Assembly: GCA_034723395.1 (NCBI GenBank)
Contig: JAYEOW010000004.1
Location: forward strand, 1 to 64,000
Reading direction: 5' to 3'
DNA length: 64,000 bases
Source of the DNA: Candidatus Margulisiibacteriota bacterium
GTDB taxonomy: Bacteria > Margulisbacteria > WOR-1 > O2-12-FULL-45-9
A program made the translations under genes and the position numbers. The notes under the pieces are model-generated. The model was given only the letters and a program-made list of their open reading frames with translations, searched no databases and was not told where the DNA came from. This document shows positions 17,077-26,856 of this stretch, piece after piece (the first letter of the stretch is position 1; each line of letters starts with the position of its first letter).

Positions 17077-18570
17077 ATGGCTGGAAGAGTAATTTTTGAT
17101 ATAAGAAAAAGAAGCGCTAATCCATTGCGTCTGCTCTGGAACAGGTTAACCCCTACCCGCGGGATGAAGAAAGTTAGCCGGTGGCTGATGACGAACGCTA
17201 CCGAAGGGCCGCTGGCAGTAACTGTTCACCAACAATACCTGCTAGCTAAAGACGGAATAATTCCGGGGTCGCGCCGAGTTGCCAGTAGCTTACTCAATTC
17301 CGGAATAACTAATCTCGAAATTAACCGGGCTTCATCCTCTAGACAGGTCAGGCAATTCCTCAACACGTTGACCGATCGATCCCTAAAAGCAACAATCGGG
17401 AGATCGTCTGCCTTAGGGTTTAAACTTGAGGACCGCCAACTTTTACGCCTAAAATTCCCTATCACATGGTCCGACCTGCACCAAGATTTAGCACAAGCCA
17501 GTGAATTTGATATTCAGGGCCTTGGATGGTTAAAGCTTATCGGGATTGCCGGCTTGGCCGTCTTCTCTCACAAGCTGGCCTCATTTGTACAGCATGGAAA
17601 AAATAAATATCTTAATACGCTAATGATATTTGGCGGAATAGCCGGCACTTATCTTCTGGCGGCATCGATGAATTTTGCGCGAAAACCGTGGGACTACTTG
17701 CGAATTCTTTTCCCTTCGATCACTTTCAGAAGAGATTATCTGCAATTAACAAAATTGGCCGGCGGATTATCTGAAGCTGATCAATCCCTAGCAGATGACA
17801 TTTTTCATAGGCTCCATTGGCATAACCGCAAAAAGATCGCCGGTCATTACGCCGAAAGCTGGGATCATTTTACGTTAAATTGGGCTTTAAAAAAATGTAT
17901 TTTAGAGTCAAAAGATATAACGGCAAAACCGCGCATCAAGCAATTATTGAGGACAGCAAAAACCACTAATGATCCTGCGTCAATTAAAGAATTCGCCCGC
18001 TCCTCCCTCTATCTGGTGCGCGCCGCGGCGGCAAAAAATAAGCACGCCCCCCTCCAATTATTGGACAAATTAGTTAATCACGACCCCGAACGAGCCGTAA
18101 GAAGTTCGGTCGCTAAAAACCCGCAAATAAAAAGGATGCTGGCAGCAATAGAACAATTGGACAACCCTCAAGAACTGGCCCGCTATGCTAACGGACCATT
18201 CCCCTGCGTAAGAATTGCAGCAGCAAACAACCAACACATGTCCGAGATCACAATTGACAAACTTATCGAAGATAAGATCTGGTCGGTCAGGGTAGCCGCT
18301 GCCCAGAATAAAAAAGCTAAATGGCAGTCGGTTGCGCGGGTCATTAGCGATCTTAGAGAGGATTACAGCAAGCGAAGCGAAATACGGGCCACAAGAGCTG
18401 AATGCGGAGCCCCATATGAATATATTCATACCATTATCACGCACGGTTATTTTGGGGCAAACTTAAAAATGGCGCAAAAAATACTGGACGCTCATCCACA
18501 AAATCGAGCAGCAATATTGGGGCTGGTTGAAAACTTAAACAAAGAACTGCATAAAGCGCTGATAAGTTAA
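17077..18570 (+). CDS. Hypothetical membrane protein with C-terminal HEAT/LRV-like repeats
   Basis: Two hydrophobic segments; repeated VRxAAAxN units. Confidence 0.7.
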   Translation: MAGRVIFDIRKRSANPLRLLWNRLTPTRGMKKVSRWLMTNATEGPLAVTVHQQYLLAKDGIIPGSRRVASSLLNSGITNLEINRASSSRQVRQFLNTLTDRSLKATIGRSSALGFKLEDRQLLRLKFPITWSDLHQDLAQASEFDIQGLGWLKLIGIAGLAVFSHKLASFVQHGKNKYLNTLMIFGGIAGTYLLAASMNFARKPWDYLRILFPSITFRRDYLQLTKLAGGLSEADQSLADDIFHRLHWHNRKKIAGHYAESWDHFTLNWALKKCILESKDITAKPRIKQLLRTAKTTNDPASIKEFARSSLYLVRAAAAKNKHAPLQLLDKLVNHDPERAVRSSVAKNPQIKRMLAAIEQLDNPQELARYANGPFPCVRIAAANNQHMSEITIDKLIEDKIWSVRVAAAQNKKAKWQSVARVISDLREDYSKRSEIRATRAECGAPYEYIHTIITHGYFGANLKMAQKILDAHPQNRAAILGLVENLNKELHKALIS

Positions 18571-18573
18571 AGC

Positions 18574-20547
18574 TTACTCCAATCCAAACGCCTTCTTCAA
18601 TTCTTTGATCCGGTCCCTGATCTCCGCCGCCGATTCAAAGTTCAACTCAGTCGCCGCCATCTGCATCTCCTCTTCCAGCGCGCGGATCAAGTCCGGGGCC
18701 TCGTCTTTGGGCACAAAATCTTTTATCTGCTTAATATCTTCCAGCTTACTCTCTCGAATGCGGTCGGAAATATCGGCGATCTCTTTTACGATCGTCTTCG
18801 GTGTAATATTGTTTTCCTGATTAAACTTAATCTGCAGCTCACGCCGACGATTAGTTTCCTTTAATGCCCGTTTCATCGACCCGGTCATCTTATCGGCGTA
18901 GAGAACAACGCGGCCGTTAATATTTCTGGCGGCGCGGCCAACGGTTTGGACCAGCGAGGTTTCTGAGCGCAGGAAACCTTCTTTATCAGCATCAAGGATC
19001 GCGACCAGTGAGACTTCAGGCAAGTCCAAACCTTCGCGTAAAAGATTTATTCCAACCAGAACATCAAATTTCCCCAACCTCAATCCGCGCAAGATATCGA
19101 TCCGATCCAGCGTCTGGATATCCGAATGGAGATAACGGACCTTTATCCCCGCTTCGTTTAAATATTCCGAAAGATCTTCCGCCATCCGTTTAGTTAAAGT
19201 TGTAACGAGAACCCTTTCTTTCCTCTCTACCCTCTCCTTAACCTCCTTTATCAGGTCTTCAATCTGCCCCTTACTTTTTCGAACGACAACTTCGGGATCG
19301 ATCAATCCGGTCGGCCGGATGATCTGCTCTACGATCTGTTTTGAATGTTTAAGCTCATAAGGCCCCGGGGTTGCGGAAGTAAACATAACCTGGTTAATAT
19401 ATTTTTCGAATTCTTCGAACTTTAATGGGCGGTTATCGAGTGCCGCCGGGAGGCGGAATCCGTAGTCGACCAGGTTCTCTTTCCTAGAACGGTCGCCGGC
19501 ATACATCCCGCGCAGCTGGGGAACGGTAACGTGCGACTCGTCGATTATCGTTAAAAAGTCATCCGGAAAATAATTAAGCAGGGTCCAGGGGGGGGCGCCC
19601 GGTTTTCTCCCGTCGAAAAAACGGGAGTAGTTTTCGATCCCCGAACAATATCCCATCTCCTTGATCATTTCGATATCATATTTTGTCCGCTGTTCCAATC
19701 TCTGCGCTTCGACCAGTTTTTTATTCTTCTTCAGCTCAGCCAACCGCACTTTAAGCTCTTTTTTTATGTTGTCGATCGGCTTTTCAAGATTGTCGGAAAA
19801 AGTTACATAATGGGTCCCAGGATAGATCGAAACCGTAGTTAGCTCGCGCAGTCTCTTTTGCGCAACCGGCTCAAGCTCGGTGATCTTCTCAACTTTATCG
19901 TCAAACAGCTGGATCCGGACCATATTCTTTTCGTATGATGGCATGATCTCGATAATATCGCCGCGGACGCGGAATCTACCACGCTTAAGCTCATAATCGT
20001 TCCGCTCATATTTAACAGAAATTAATTGCCTGATCAATTCATCCCGGTCACACTCATCACCTACTTTTAATTTTGTAACTGCTTTTAAATAATCGGCTGG
20101 AGTTCCCAAACCAAAGATACAGGAGACCGACGCAACAATAATTACGTCCCTCCTTTCGAAAAGAGACATGGTCGCTTCATGGCGGAGGCGATCGAGTTCT
20201 TCATTGATCGAAGAATCTTTTTCGATATAGGTATCGGTATAGGGGATATACGCCTCCGGCTGGTAATAATCGTAGTAGCTCACAAAATATTCGACCGCGT
20301 TATGCGGGAAGAAGGTGCGAAATTCCTGGCAGAGCTGAGCAGCTAAAGTCTTGTTTGGTGAAATAACTAAGGTCGGTTTTTGGACCTCTTGGATAAGATT
20401 GGCCATGGTAAAGGTTTTTCCTGAGCCGGTAACCCCTAAAAGGGTTTGATAGCGGAGGTCTTTTTTTAATCCTTTTAGCAGTCCGTCAATTGCCTGGGGC
20501 TGGTCGCCGCGGGGTTTGAATTTGGATACGAGCTTAAATTTGGACAT
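18574..20547 (-). CDS. uvrB: Excinuclease ABC subunit B
   Basis: GVTGSGKT, YYDYYQPEAY, DESH motifs, C-terminal UVR domain; start at 20547 or 20550. Confidence 0.98.
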   Translation of the reverse strand: MSKFKLVSKFKPRGDQPQAIDGLLKGLKKDLRYQTLLGVTGSGKTFTMANLIQEVQKPTLVISPNKTLAAQLCQEFRTFFPHNAVEYFVSYYDYYQPEAYIPYTDTYIEKDSSINEELDRLRHEATMSLFERRDVIIVASVSCIFGLGTPADYLKAVTKLKVGDECDRDELIRQLISVKYERNDYELKRGRFRVRGDIIEIMPSYEKNMVRIQLFDDKVEKITELEPVAQKRLRELTTVSIYPGTHYVTFSDNLEKPIDNIKKELKVRLAELKKNKKLVEAQRLEQRTKYDIEMIKEMGYCSGIENYSRFFDGRKPGAPPWTLLNYFPDDFLTIIDESHVTVPQLRGMYAGDRSRKENLVDYGFRLPAALDNRPLKFEEFEKYINQVMFTSATPGPYELKHSKQIVEQIIRPTGLIDPEVVVRKSKGQIEDLIKEVKERVERKERVLVTTLTKRMAEDLSEYLNEAGIKVRYLHSDIQTLDRIDILRGLRLGKFDVLVGINLLREGLDLPEVSLVAILDADKEGFLRSETSLVQTVGRAARNINGRVVLYADKMTGSMKRALKETNRRRELQIKFNQENNITPKTIVKEIADISDRIRESKLEDIKQIKDFVPKDEAPDLIRALEEEMQMAATELNFESAAEIRDRIKELKKAFGLE

Positions 20548-20571
20548 CATTTGAATTATACCAAAAATAAC

Positions 20572-20599
20572 TGAAATTTAATAAAGAAGATTTCGATAT
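20572..20599 (+). promoter_or_regulatory. Putative alternative-sigma (sigma28-like) promoter TGAAAT-N16-CGATAT
   Basis: Identical motif and spacing to 17041-17068; followed by a GGGAGG SD. Confidence 0.6.
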
Positions 20600-20614
20600 G
20601 CATAGGGAGGAATT

Positions 20615-21799
20615 ATGGTTAGGAACGCCTATGGTATAGCCCGCGCCTGGCTTTCGATCAGCCGCTGGTTGAATATGAAAAATCCATCCCTGAGGAAATC
20701 CCTAAAGAAGAGACCGGGAAGGCCCACCGTCGTTGCCTTTGGAGGGAATTCTTTTGAGGGACTGGAACAGAATACCGCTAAAAATATAGTGGGAATGATA
20801 AAGTCCGGACATTTCCCGGTAATCACCCACGGCAACGGCCCGCAGGTCGGAGAACTGCTCATAAAACATCCTGAAAAAAGTATTGCCGAATGTGTCCATA
20901 TGACCCAGGTCGAGATGGGAAGGCAGATGAAAGACGCGCTGGAACAGCTCGAAACAGGAATTGATGTCAAAATTATTCCCACCCGGGTGCTGGTTGCCCA
21001 CAATGATCCCGCTTTTGATAATCCTACAAAATATGTCGGCCCCTGTTACACCTTAAAACAACTGACCAGTGGGAAAATAGGCAAAACGCGGAAAATGCAC
21101 GAGATCGGCAAATTCAAAGTCGTGCGCCCTAACGGCAAAGAATGGATCATAAAAGAAGTTTCCGGAGAAAAAGGACAATACCGCAGAGTGGTCGCGTCTC
21201 CAACTCCACTTGCCATCTACCCTGAAGACATCGCAAAAATAAGCGAAAGCATTAAAGCCGGCAAGATCGTTATTGCCGTCGGCGGCGGCGGGGTGGCTGT
21301 CAGCCAAAAACACTTTGAGGGTTATTACTCTGAACAAACCGAAGAAGCAGTAATCGATAAGGATCTTGCCTCTGCACTTTTAGCGAGGGACCTCGAGGCA
21401 AAAGAACTGGTCATTTCGACCGGAGTTAGGGAAGTAGCCTTGAATTGGGGGAAAGAAGAACAAGTTAACCTGGGTTATATGCATGCCAAACAGGCATTGA
21501 AAATGCTTGATCAAGGCCACTTTCCCACCGGATCAATGGGAGAAAAAATGGAAGCGGCAATCAATGCTCTAAGGTTTGGGGTAAATACCATATTAATAAC
21601 TCACCCCGCTTCAGACTGGGACAGGAATGAAGGCACGCTGCTTACCCGCGGAATAGACCTGACCGGAAGGATAAAAAATCTCACCAGAAGAAAACCTTAT
21701 GAGCTCCAAAGATGGATGATTATCCGAGAAGATCCAAGATCCGTTCCCTTAGCTTCTGTTTTGGACCGTTGTTCTCCACCACGGCCGTTCCAACACTAG
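20615..21799 (+). CDS. arcC: Carbamate kinase-family protein with N- and C-terminal extensions
   Basis: FGGN, THGNGPQVG, DPAFDNPTKYVG, RRVVASP, GGGG, VIDKD, GSMGEK motifs. Confidence 0.85.
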   Translation: MVRNAYGIARAWLSISRWLNMKNPSLRKSLKKRPGRPTVVAFGGNSFEGLEQNTAKNIVGMIKSGHFPVITHGNGPQVGELLIKHPEKSIAECVHMTQVEMGRQMKDALEQLETGIDVKIIPTRVLVAHNDPAFDNPTKYVGPCYTLKQLTSGKIGKTRKMHEIGKFKVVRPNGKEWIIKEVSGEKGQYRRVVASPTPLAIYPEDIAKISESIKAGKIVIAVGGGGVAVSQKHFEGYYSEQTEEAVIDKDLASALLARDLEAKELVISTGVREVALNWGKEEQVNLGYMHAKQALKMLDQGHFPTGSMGEKMEAAINALRFGVNTILITHPASDWDRNEGTLLTRGIDLTGRIKNLTRRKPYELQRWMIIREDPRSVPLASVLDRCSPPRPFQH

Positions 21800-22283
21800 A
21801 ATAGTCTTTTCGGCCCATCTGCGAATCGATACGCTTCCTGGCATCTTTAATGGGAAGGCCTGATTTCAACAGCCTTTTCAATCTTGTCTCTTTCGGGGCC
21901 ATAACAACCCAAACCTCATCACATAGACTAACTAATCCAATCTCTTTCAATACCGCCGCGTTTATCACAATTAATTTACGACCTTCTATTTTTTTTACAA
22001 TCGCCTTCTTTAAGTATGGATGGACCAATTTATTAAGCTTTTTAAGTTTCCGGCGGTCAGAAAAGACAATTTTCCCCAGCTTCTTCCGATTGATTTCTCC
22101 GCTTTTGTTTAAAATCTCCGGCCCAAAAGCTTTAACTATCTTTTTCCAAAGGAGAGACTTGGATACATATAGTGTGTGGGCCAGTTTATCGGCGTCGATC
22201 ACCAAAGCTCCCCGCCGCCGAAGTATCTTGGCGACCTCATCTTTCCCGGCTCCGATCGGCCCGGTTAATCCGATAATCTTCAC
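21720..22283 (-). CDS. coaE: Dephospho-CoA kinase
   Basis: IGLTGPIGAGK, IDAD, LVHP motifs; GTG start at 22283 downstream of TGGTACAAT. Confidence 0.93.
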   Translation of the reverse strand: MKIIGLTGPIGAGKDEVAKILRRRGALVIDADKLAHTLYVSKSLLWKKIVKAFGPEILNKSGEINRKKLGKIVFSDRRKLKKLNKLVHPYLKKAIVKKIEGRKLIVINAAVLKEIGLVSLCDEVWVVMAPKETRLKRLLKSGLPIKDARKRIDSQMGRKDYSSVGTAVVENNGPKQKLRERILDLLG

Positions 22284-22312
22284 AAGGATTAATTGTACCA
22301 TAATATCCCGCC

Positions 22313-22341
22313 TTGACAAAAAGTAGCATTTAAAATAGAAT
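22313..22341 (+). promoter_or_regulatory. Sigma70-type promoter TTGACA-17-TAGAAT
   Basis: Near-consensus; ATG follows 7 nt after the -10 box. Confidence 0.75.
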
Positions 22342-22348
22342 TTGTCTG

Positions 22349-24241
22349 ATGGAACGCTCTAAACTAATTGCCCTACTGATTTTTCTTTTTACTTGGTCTT
22401 TACTTAATGCCCAAACCGCAACCGGCACCGATTTTCCTTACGCGAGGATCAATTTAAAAACATCTCCGATCGAAAATGTCTATCCCGGGATCGGCAATTA
22501 TTATGCTGCGATATCAAAAGGGATCGATACTTTTATGTGGAACCCAGCCTCCTTGACCTCAATTAAATACGCGCAGAGCAGCCTTTCTCTGATCTCCGAA
22601 TTAAAAAGCTTCGATTATTCACGCAAATACGAGACCGAGGACGGCCAGGAAGCAATCGGTGACTCAGGTGAATTTAGCATCGGTTATTTCTTTACCGATG
22701 ACGAAACTGTCACTACCGCGGCAACCAGGGAACACACAGGACACGCCGGATACCAGACACAAGCAACCGGGATGGTATTCAGACAGGGGATGAAAGTAAA
22801 TGACTGGCTCGCCCTGGGTATGATATCGCAAAGCGATGTAGGCTTTTCGCTCGATATCTCCGGAGCTTTCCCCGCAGTCACCAAAACCCAGGCAAACTTT
22901 TATAACAGCCAGGATATTTTTGGCGGACCAATATCGATCGACGGCAGTGGATATATAACCTATACTCATACCGAAGAAGGCGGCGGAACTTATGAGTTTA
23001 CCAGCACCTCTCCCCTTTGGTCTGGATTCTTAGATCAAAGCTCAACTATCCCTCTTAACGTCATTGTCGAAGCCAGAAATGATATTTCGATCGATCCGGG
23101 GATGACCTTGGGCGGCGCCACTAAATGGGAGAACATCTCTTTTGGCGCACACTTCACCCCCATCTCAGCGACCGCTAATGTAAATAACAACGTCCGGGCA
23201 GTGATCAATGACGGAACATCCGACGTTTTCATCTATCAACCGGATTTTGATTTTGATGATGAAGAGGGCGCGTTAAATTGGCTGCAGGACCCAAACCAAT
23301 ACAGATCGGAATCGGGATATAAACGAAACACGGTTACCGTTCCCGCCGGCGAAGTGGTTGCCGAAGCGCGCTATAAAGGATTTTACCAGGCGAGCGCGAT
23401 GCGCAGCGATCTCGGGATCAATTTTGACCTTTATGATATCCTTTCGCTCGGGGTCGTCATGGAAAACTTTGGCGGCGCTGCTCTAAACTTTAAAGGCCAG
23501 GGACGGACCGCTTATGTTAACTCGAGGATATCTACCGCTGAACCGGCCGGATTCGACGATCCAAACGAAGAATTCAACTGGGATCTCTTTGCCGATGAGT
23601 TCACCCCGGTTGATGGGACGGAAGATCTGTTCCTGGAAGAACAGATCAATGTTGAATTACCCAAAAAACTGCGGGTTGGATTGGCCCTAAAAAAACCTTT
23701 CCTGATCGCGCTCGATTATGAACAAAACCAGACGCCGGTCAGGTATCAGGATACCGAAAACAACAGCATTATTACGGTTAGCAATCTAACTTTCTTGCGG
23801 ATCGGCGTTGAAACCCAGCTCTTTGCCCTTCCGATGTGGCTGAGGGGCGGTACCTCCCTGATGTTCAAACCGACTATCGATGGCGCCAGCCAGGAAGTGG
23901 TCGATAATGTTGAGAACGCGTTCCAGTACGGAGTTTTGCCGATGGGTCTTGATTTGGGCGGAGAAATCAACCTTTATGGGACCCATGTCGGAGCAGATTT
24001 CGGGATAAACATAACTTCTATCCTCTCCCTCTACCAGCTGGATGCCTTAAATCAAGATTTAGGGAAAATCGGATACTATGATATATTTGTAACTAACGGC
24101 CCTTGGCAGGTAAAATATCTGGCAGCGATCGATCCCGGATCTACCGCTGGCGCGTATTCTGAGCGGCCCGCTAATGATGATGATTTTAAAATGGAGTATT
24201 TAAAATGGATACACACATTCACCATAAGTTACATATTCTAA
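22349..24241 (+). CDS. Probable outer-membrane beta-barrel protein (FadL/PorV-like N-terminus)
   Basis: Signal peptide, WNPASL motif, amphipathic beta strands, terminal ISYIF. Confidence 0.7.
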   Translation: MERSKLIALLIFLFTWSLLNAQTATGTDFPYARINLKTSPIENVYPGIGNYYAAISKGIDTFMWNPASLTSIKYAQSSLSLISELKSFDYSRKYETEDGQEAIGDSGEFSIGYFFTDDETVTTAATREHTGHAGYQTQATGMVFRQGMKVNDWLALGMISQSDVGFSLDISGAFPAVTKTQANFYNSQDIFGGPISIDGSGYITYTHTEEGGGTYEFTSTSPLWSGFLDQSSTIPLNVIVEARNDISIDPGMTLGGATKWENISFGAHFTPISATANVNNNVRAVINDGTSDVFIYQPDFDFDDEEGALNWLQDPNQYRSESGYKRNTVTVPAGEVVAEARYKGFYQASAMRSDLGINFDLYDILSLGVVMENFGGAALNFKGQGRTAYVNSRISTAEPAGFDDPNEEFNWDLFADEFTPVDGTEDLFLEEQINVELPKKLRVGLALKKPFLIALDYEQNQTPVRYQDTENNSIITVSNLTFLRIGVETQLFALPMWLRGGTSLMFKPTIDGASQEVVDNVENAFQYGVLPMGLDLGGEINLYGTHVGADFGINITSILSLYQLDALNQDLGKIGYYDIFVTNGPWQVKYLAAIDPGSTAGAYSERPANDDDFKMEYLKWIHTFTISYIF

Positions 24242-26856
24242 TTATAGCCGTAGCGGCAATTATTTTTGCCGGGACAGCATCATTTGCTGCCCCTCAGTTA
24301 AGTTATGAAGAATTAACTACGGTTGCGGATGACCATATCTGCATCACCTGGGTCACCAGTAACGAAACCGCAAACACCGGGATCGAATACGGGATCGGGA
24401 TCCCCACCCAGACCTATATTACTGATGAAGGAAGTAGCCGCGCAAGCTATCACTACCTGACTCTGGAAAATCTTTATCCTAATACTTATTACACTTACCG
24501 GATCTTCTCTACAAATGCCAGCGGCGACACTACCTATGGGGCATACAAGACAGTACAAACCCTCAATCCCCCATCCGGACAATTATTGTTCACTTTTGCG
24601 ACGGTAGCCGACACCCAGGTTACCCAAAGCTACCACGATACCTATGGGGCGCGCGGCCGGCCATACAACAGTTCGGAGGCAATCTTAGACGCTACCGTTG
24701 ATTGGATCAACTCCGCCTCCCCCAGCTTCACCATCGTTAAGGGTGATCTAATTGATAGCCGTACTACGAACAGTGGTAACGACGCTACCAGAATTAAAAA
24801 TTCGGTAGCTAATTTTAACCAGCAGATATTCCCCATCCCCGGCAATCACGAGAAAGAGACCTGGAATCCGAAAACCGGTGGCGGATGGTACGATACCCTT
24901 ATGCAGCCAATCTACGATCCAACGGTAACACCCGCGGTAAGCGGCCTTAGCAATTATAGTTATGATACAAATATCACCGTAGCAACTATCGAAGATTCGG
25001 TTTATAACTACAGTTTTGACTATAACGGTTATCACTTTGTAATGCTCGATTCGGTAAGAAAACGGGACGGCTCCAACCAGTGTAAAGGGCATATAAACAC
25101 CAGTTGGTTAAATACTGACCTGGACAATGCCGCCAGCCGCAACCAGAAATCCTTTATCTTTATGCACTACGATATAACCAATGAAGCGGTAACGATTCCT
25201 GAAGAAATCATCAAAGAGGTAACCGGCGGCTCATCCGATATGGAAAAGATAGACCTGGATAATCGCGCCGATTTCCTGAGTGTATTAGATACCCATAAAG
25301 CAAATATAGTCGGCCTTTTTATGGGACACATTCACGATAACAACCGTTATTACCGGTCTGGATTTGATTTCCCGTTCGTGCGTACCGCGGCAACCATTCA
25401 ATTCCCGGTAGGATTCAATATATATAAGGTATATTCCAACGGTTATATGCAGCTCTTCTACAAAGTCCCCCACTATACCGAATATGCCAGAGAATTTATC
25501 ACTCCGGAAGCCGGTTACAGCGACACCTACTGGGAACAATTTAGCCTTGCCTCAAATTACGGCCGGAATTTTGTCCAGACTTATTCTGCAGTTGAGGTCC
25601 CTCCCACAATAAGCAGGAACGCACCAGCAGACAATGCAACTAACGTCGCGTTAAACCAGCCGGTGATCATTAATTTTAGCAAGCAGATGTTAACATCAGA
25701 AACTGAGACCGCAACCGTTATTTCACCTAATGTATCCGGGATAATTTATGGTTGGACCGGCTCAAACACCACCTTAACGATTGATCACAACGGTTTCGCC
25801 GCCAGTACGAATTATTCAGTTACCATCGGCACCGGCGCAAAATCATCCGATAATATCACTTTTACCGCTGCCAGCACATTTGAATTTACGACTGGAACAA
25901 CAGTGACCACAACCGCCCCGCAAGCGACCATCGATCCGATAACAAATGACATTACTAATGACCCAACTCCTACTTTCACCGGAATAGCCACTGATGAAAC
26001 TTCGACCATTTCGAACATCGAATTCCGCCATTCCAGCAATAGTTGGAGCGACTGGTCAGATTGTACCGCTTTAGATGGAGCGTTTGATTCTACTCAAGAA
26101 TCATTTACCTTTACCATCACTCCCGAAGTCGCCCGCGGAGAGCACGAAATTGAGCTCAGGACAACTAATGCCGCGGGAATAACAAGCCAAACCAGCTTTG
26201 CCGCTTACTCTTTCTATTATGTCGGTGCCCGGCCGCATGTAATACTAAAATCTGACAGCACAGAGATAATTAACGGAGATCCGATAGGGGCCAACCCATC
26301 ATTCGAGGTAACAGTTGTTACCGATAAAGGTCTGACCTTATCAAATCTCACCTTCCGGGTAAATGGGACAGCCGAAACCGCAACCGCCACCTCCCAATTG
26401 AATAATCGGACAAGGACTTACGCCTATTATCACCCTACCTTTACCCCTGGAACCCACGATGTAAGGGCGCAGGCCATTGACGACAACGGCAATATAACTA
26501 CGAGTGAGGCAGTTAGCCTTACTGTGCAAACCTCCGGTGCGCCGTCAATTCTGGGACTTCCTTTAACCTATCCAAACCCGTTTGATCCAGGAATTGAAAC
26601 CGCGACAATAAGCTATTCCCTTTCGCGATCGAGCAATGTTGAGCTCCGGTTCTTTGATCTCTCCGGCAACCAGATCGCAAAACAGAATTACACCTCCAGC
26701 CAGGACGGAGGAAAGGCCGGATACAATGAAGTCACCTGGGATGGAAGGTCTGGCAACGGAAATATCGTCGGTAACGGGATTTATATTTACATAATCATTG
26801 CGGACGGAAACATTGTCCAAAACGGCAAAGGGAAATTAACGGTATTTAAACGATGA
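24205..26856 (+). CDS. Secreted calcineurin-like metallophosphoesterase with FN3/Ig domains and a C-terminal FlgD-Ig/T9SS-like sorting domain
   Basis: ADTQ, KGDL, PGNHE, GHIH motifs; Big_5-like FSKQM; C-terminal YPNPF...WDGR...GNGIYIY...GKLTVFK. Confidence 0.82.
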   Translation: MDTHIHHKLHILIIAVAAIIFAGTASFAAPQLSYEELTTVADDHICITWVTSNETANTGIEYGIGIPTQTYITDEGSSRASYHYLTLENLYPNTYYTYRIFSTNASGDTTYGAYKTVQTLNPPSGQLLFTFATVADTQVTQSYHDTYGARGRPYNSSEAILDATVDWINSASPSFTIVKGDLIDSRTTNSGNDATRIKNSVANFNQQIFPIPGNHEKETWNPKTGGGWYDTLMQPIYDPTVTPAVSGLSNYSYDTNITVATIEDSVYNYSFDYNGYHFVMLDSVRKRDGSNQCKGHINTSWLNTDLDNAASRNQKSFIFMHYDITNEAVTIPEEIIKEVTGGSSDMEKIDLDNRADFLSVLDTHKANIVGLFMGHIHDNNRYYRSGFDFPFVRTAATIQFPVGFNIYKVYSNGYMQLFYKVPHYTEYAREFITPEAGYSDTYWEQFSLASNYGRNFVQTYSAVEVPPTISRNAPADNATNVALNQPVIINFSKQMLTSETETATVISPNVSGIIYGWTGSNTTLTIDHNGFAASTNYSVTIGTGAKSSDNITFTAASTFEFTTGTTVTTTAPQATIDPITNDITNDPTPTFTGIATDETSTISNIEFRHSSNSWSDWSDCTALDGAFDSTQESFTFTITPEVARGEHEIELRTTNAAGITSQTSFAAYSFYYVGARPHVILKSDSTEIINGDPIGANPSFEVTVVTDKGLTLSNLTFRVNGTAETATATSQLNNRTRTYAYYHPTFTPGTHDVRAQAIDDNGNITTSEAVSLTVQTSGAPSILGLPLTYPNPFDPGIETATISYSLSRSSNVELRFFDLSGNQIAKQNYTSSQDGGKAGYNEVTWDGRSGNGNIVGNGIYIYIIIADGNIVQNGKGKLTVFKR

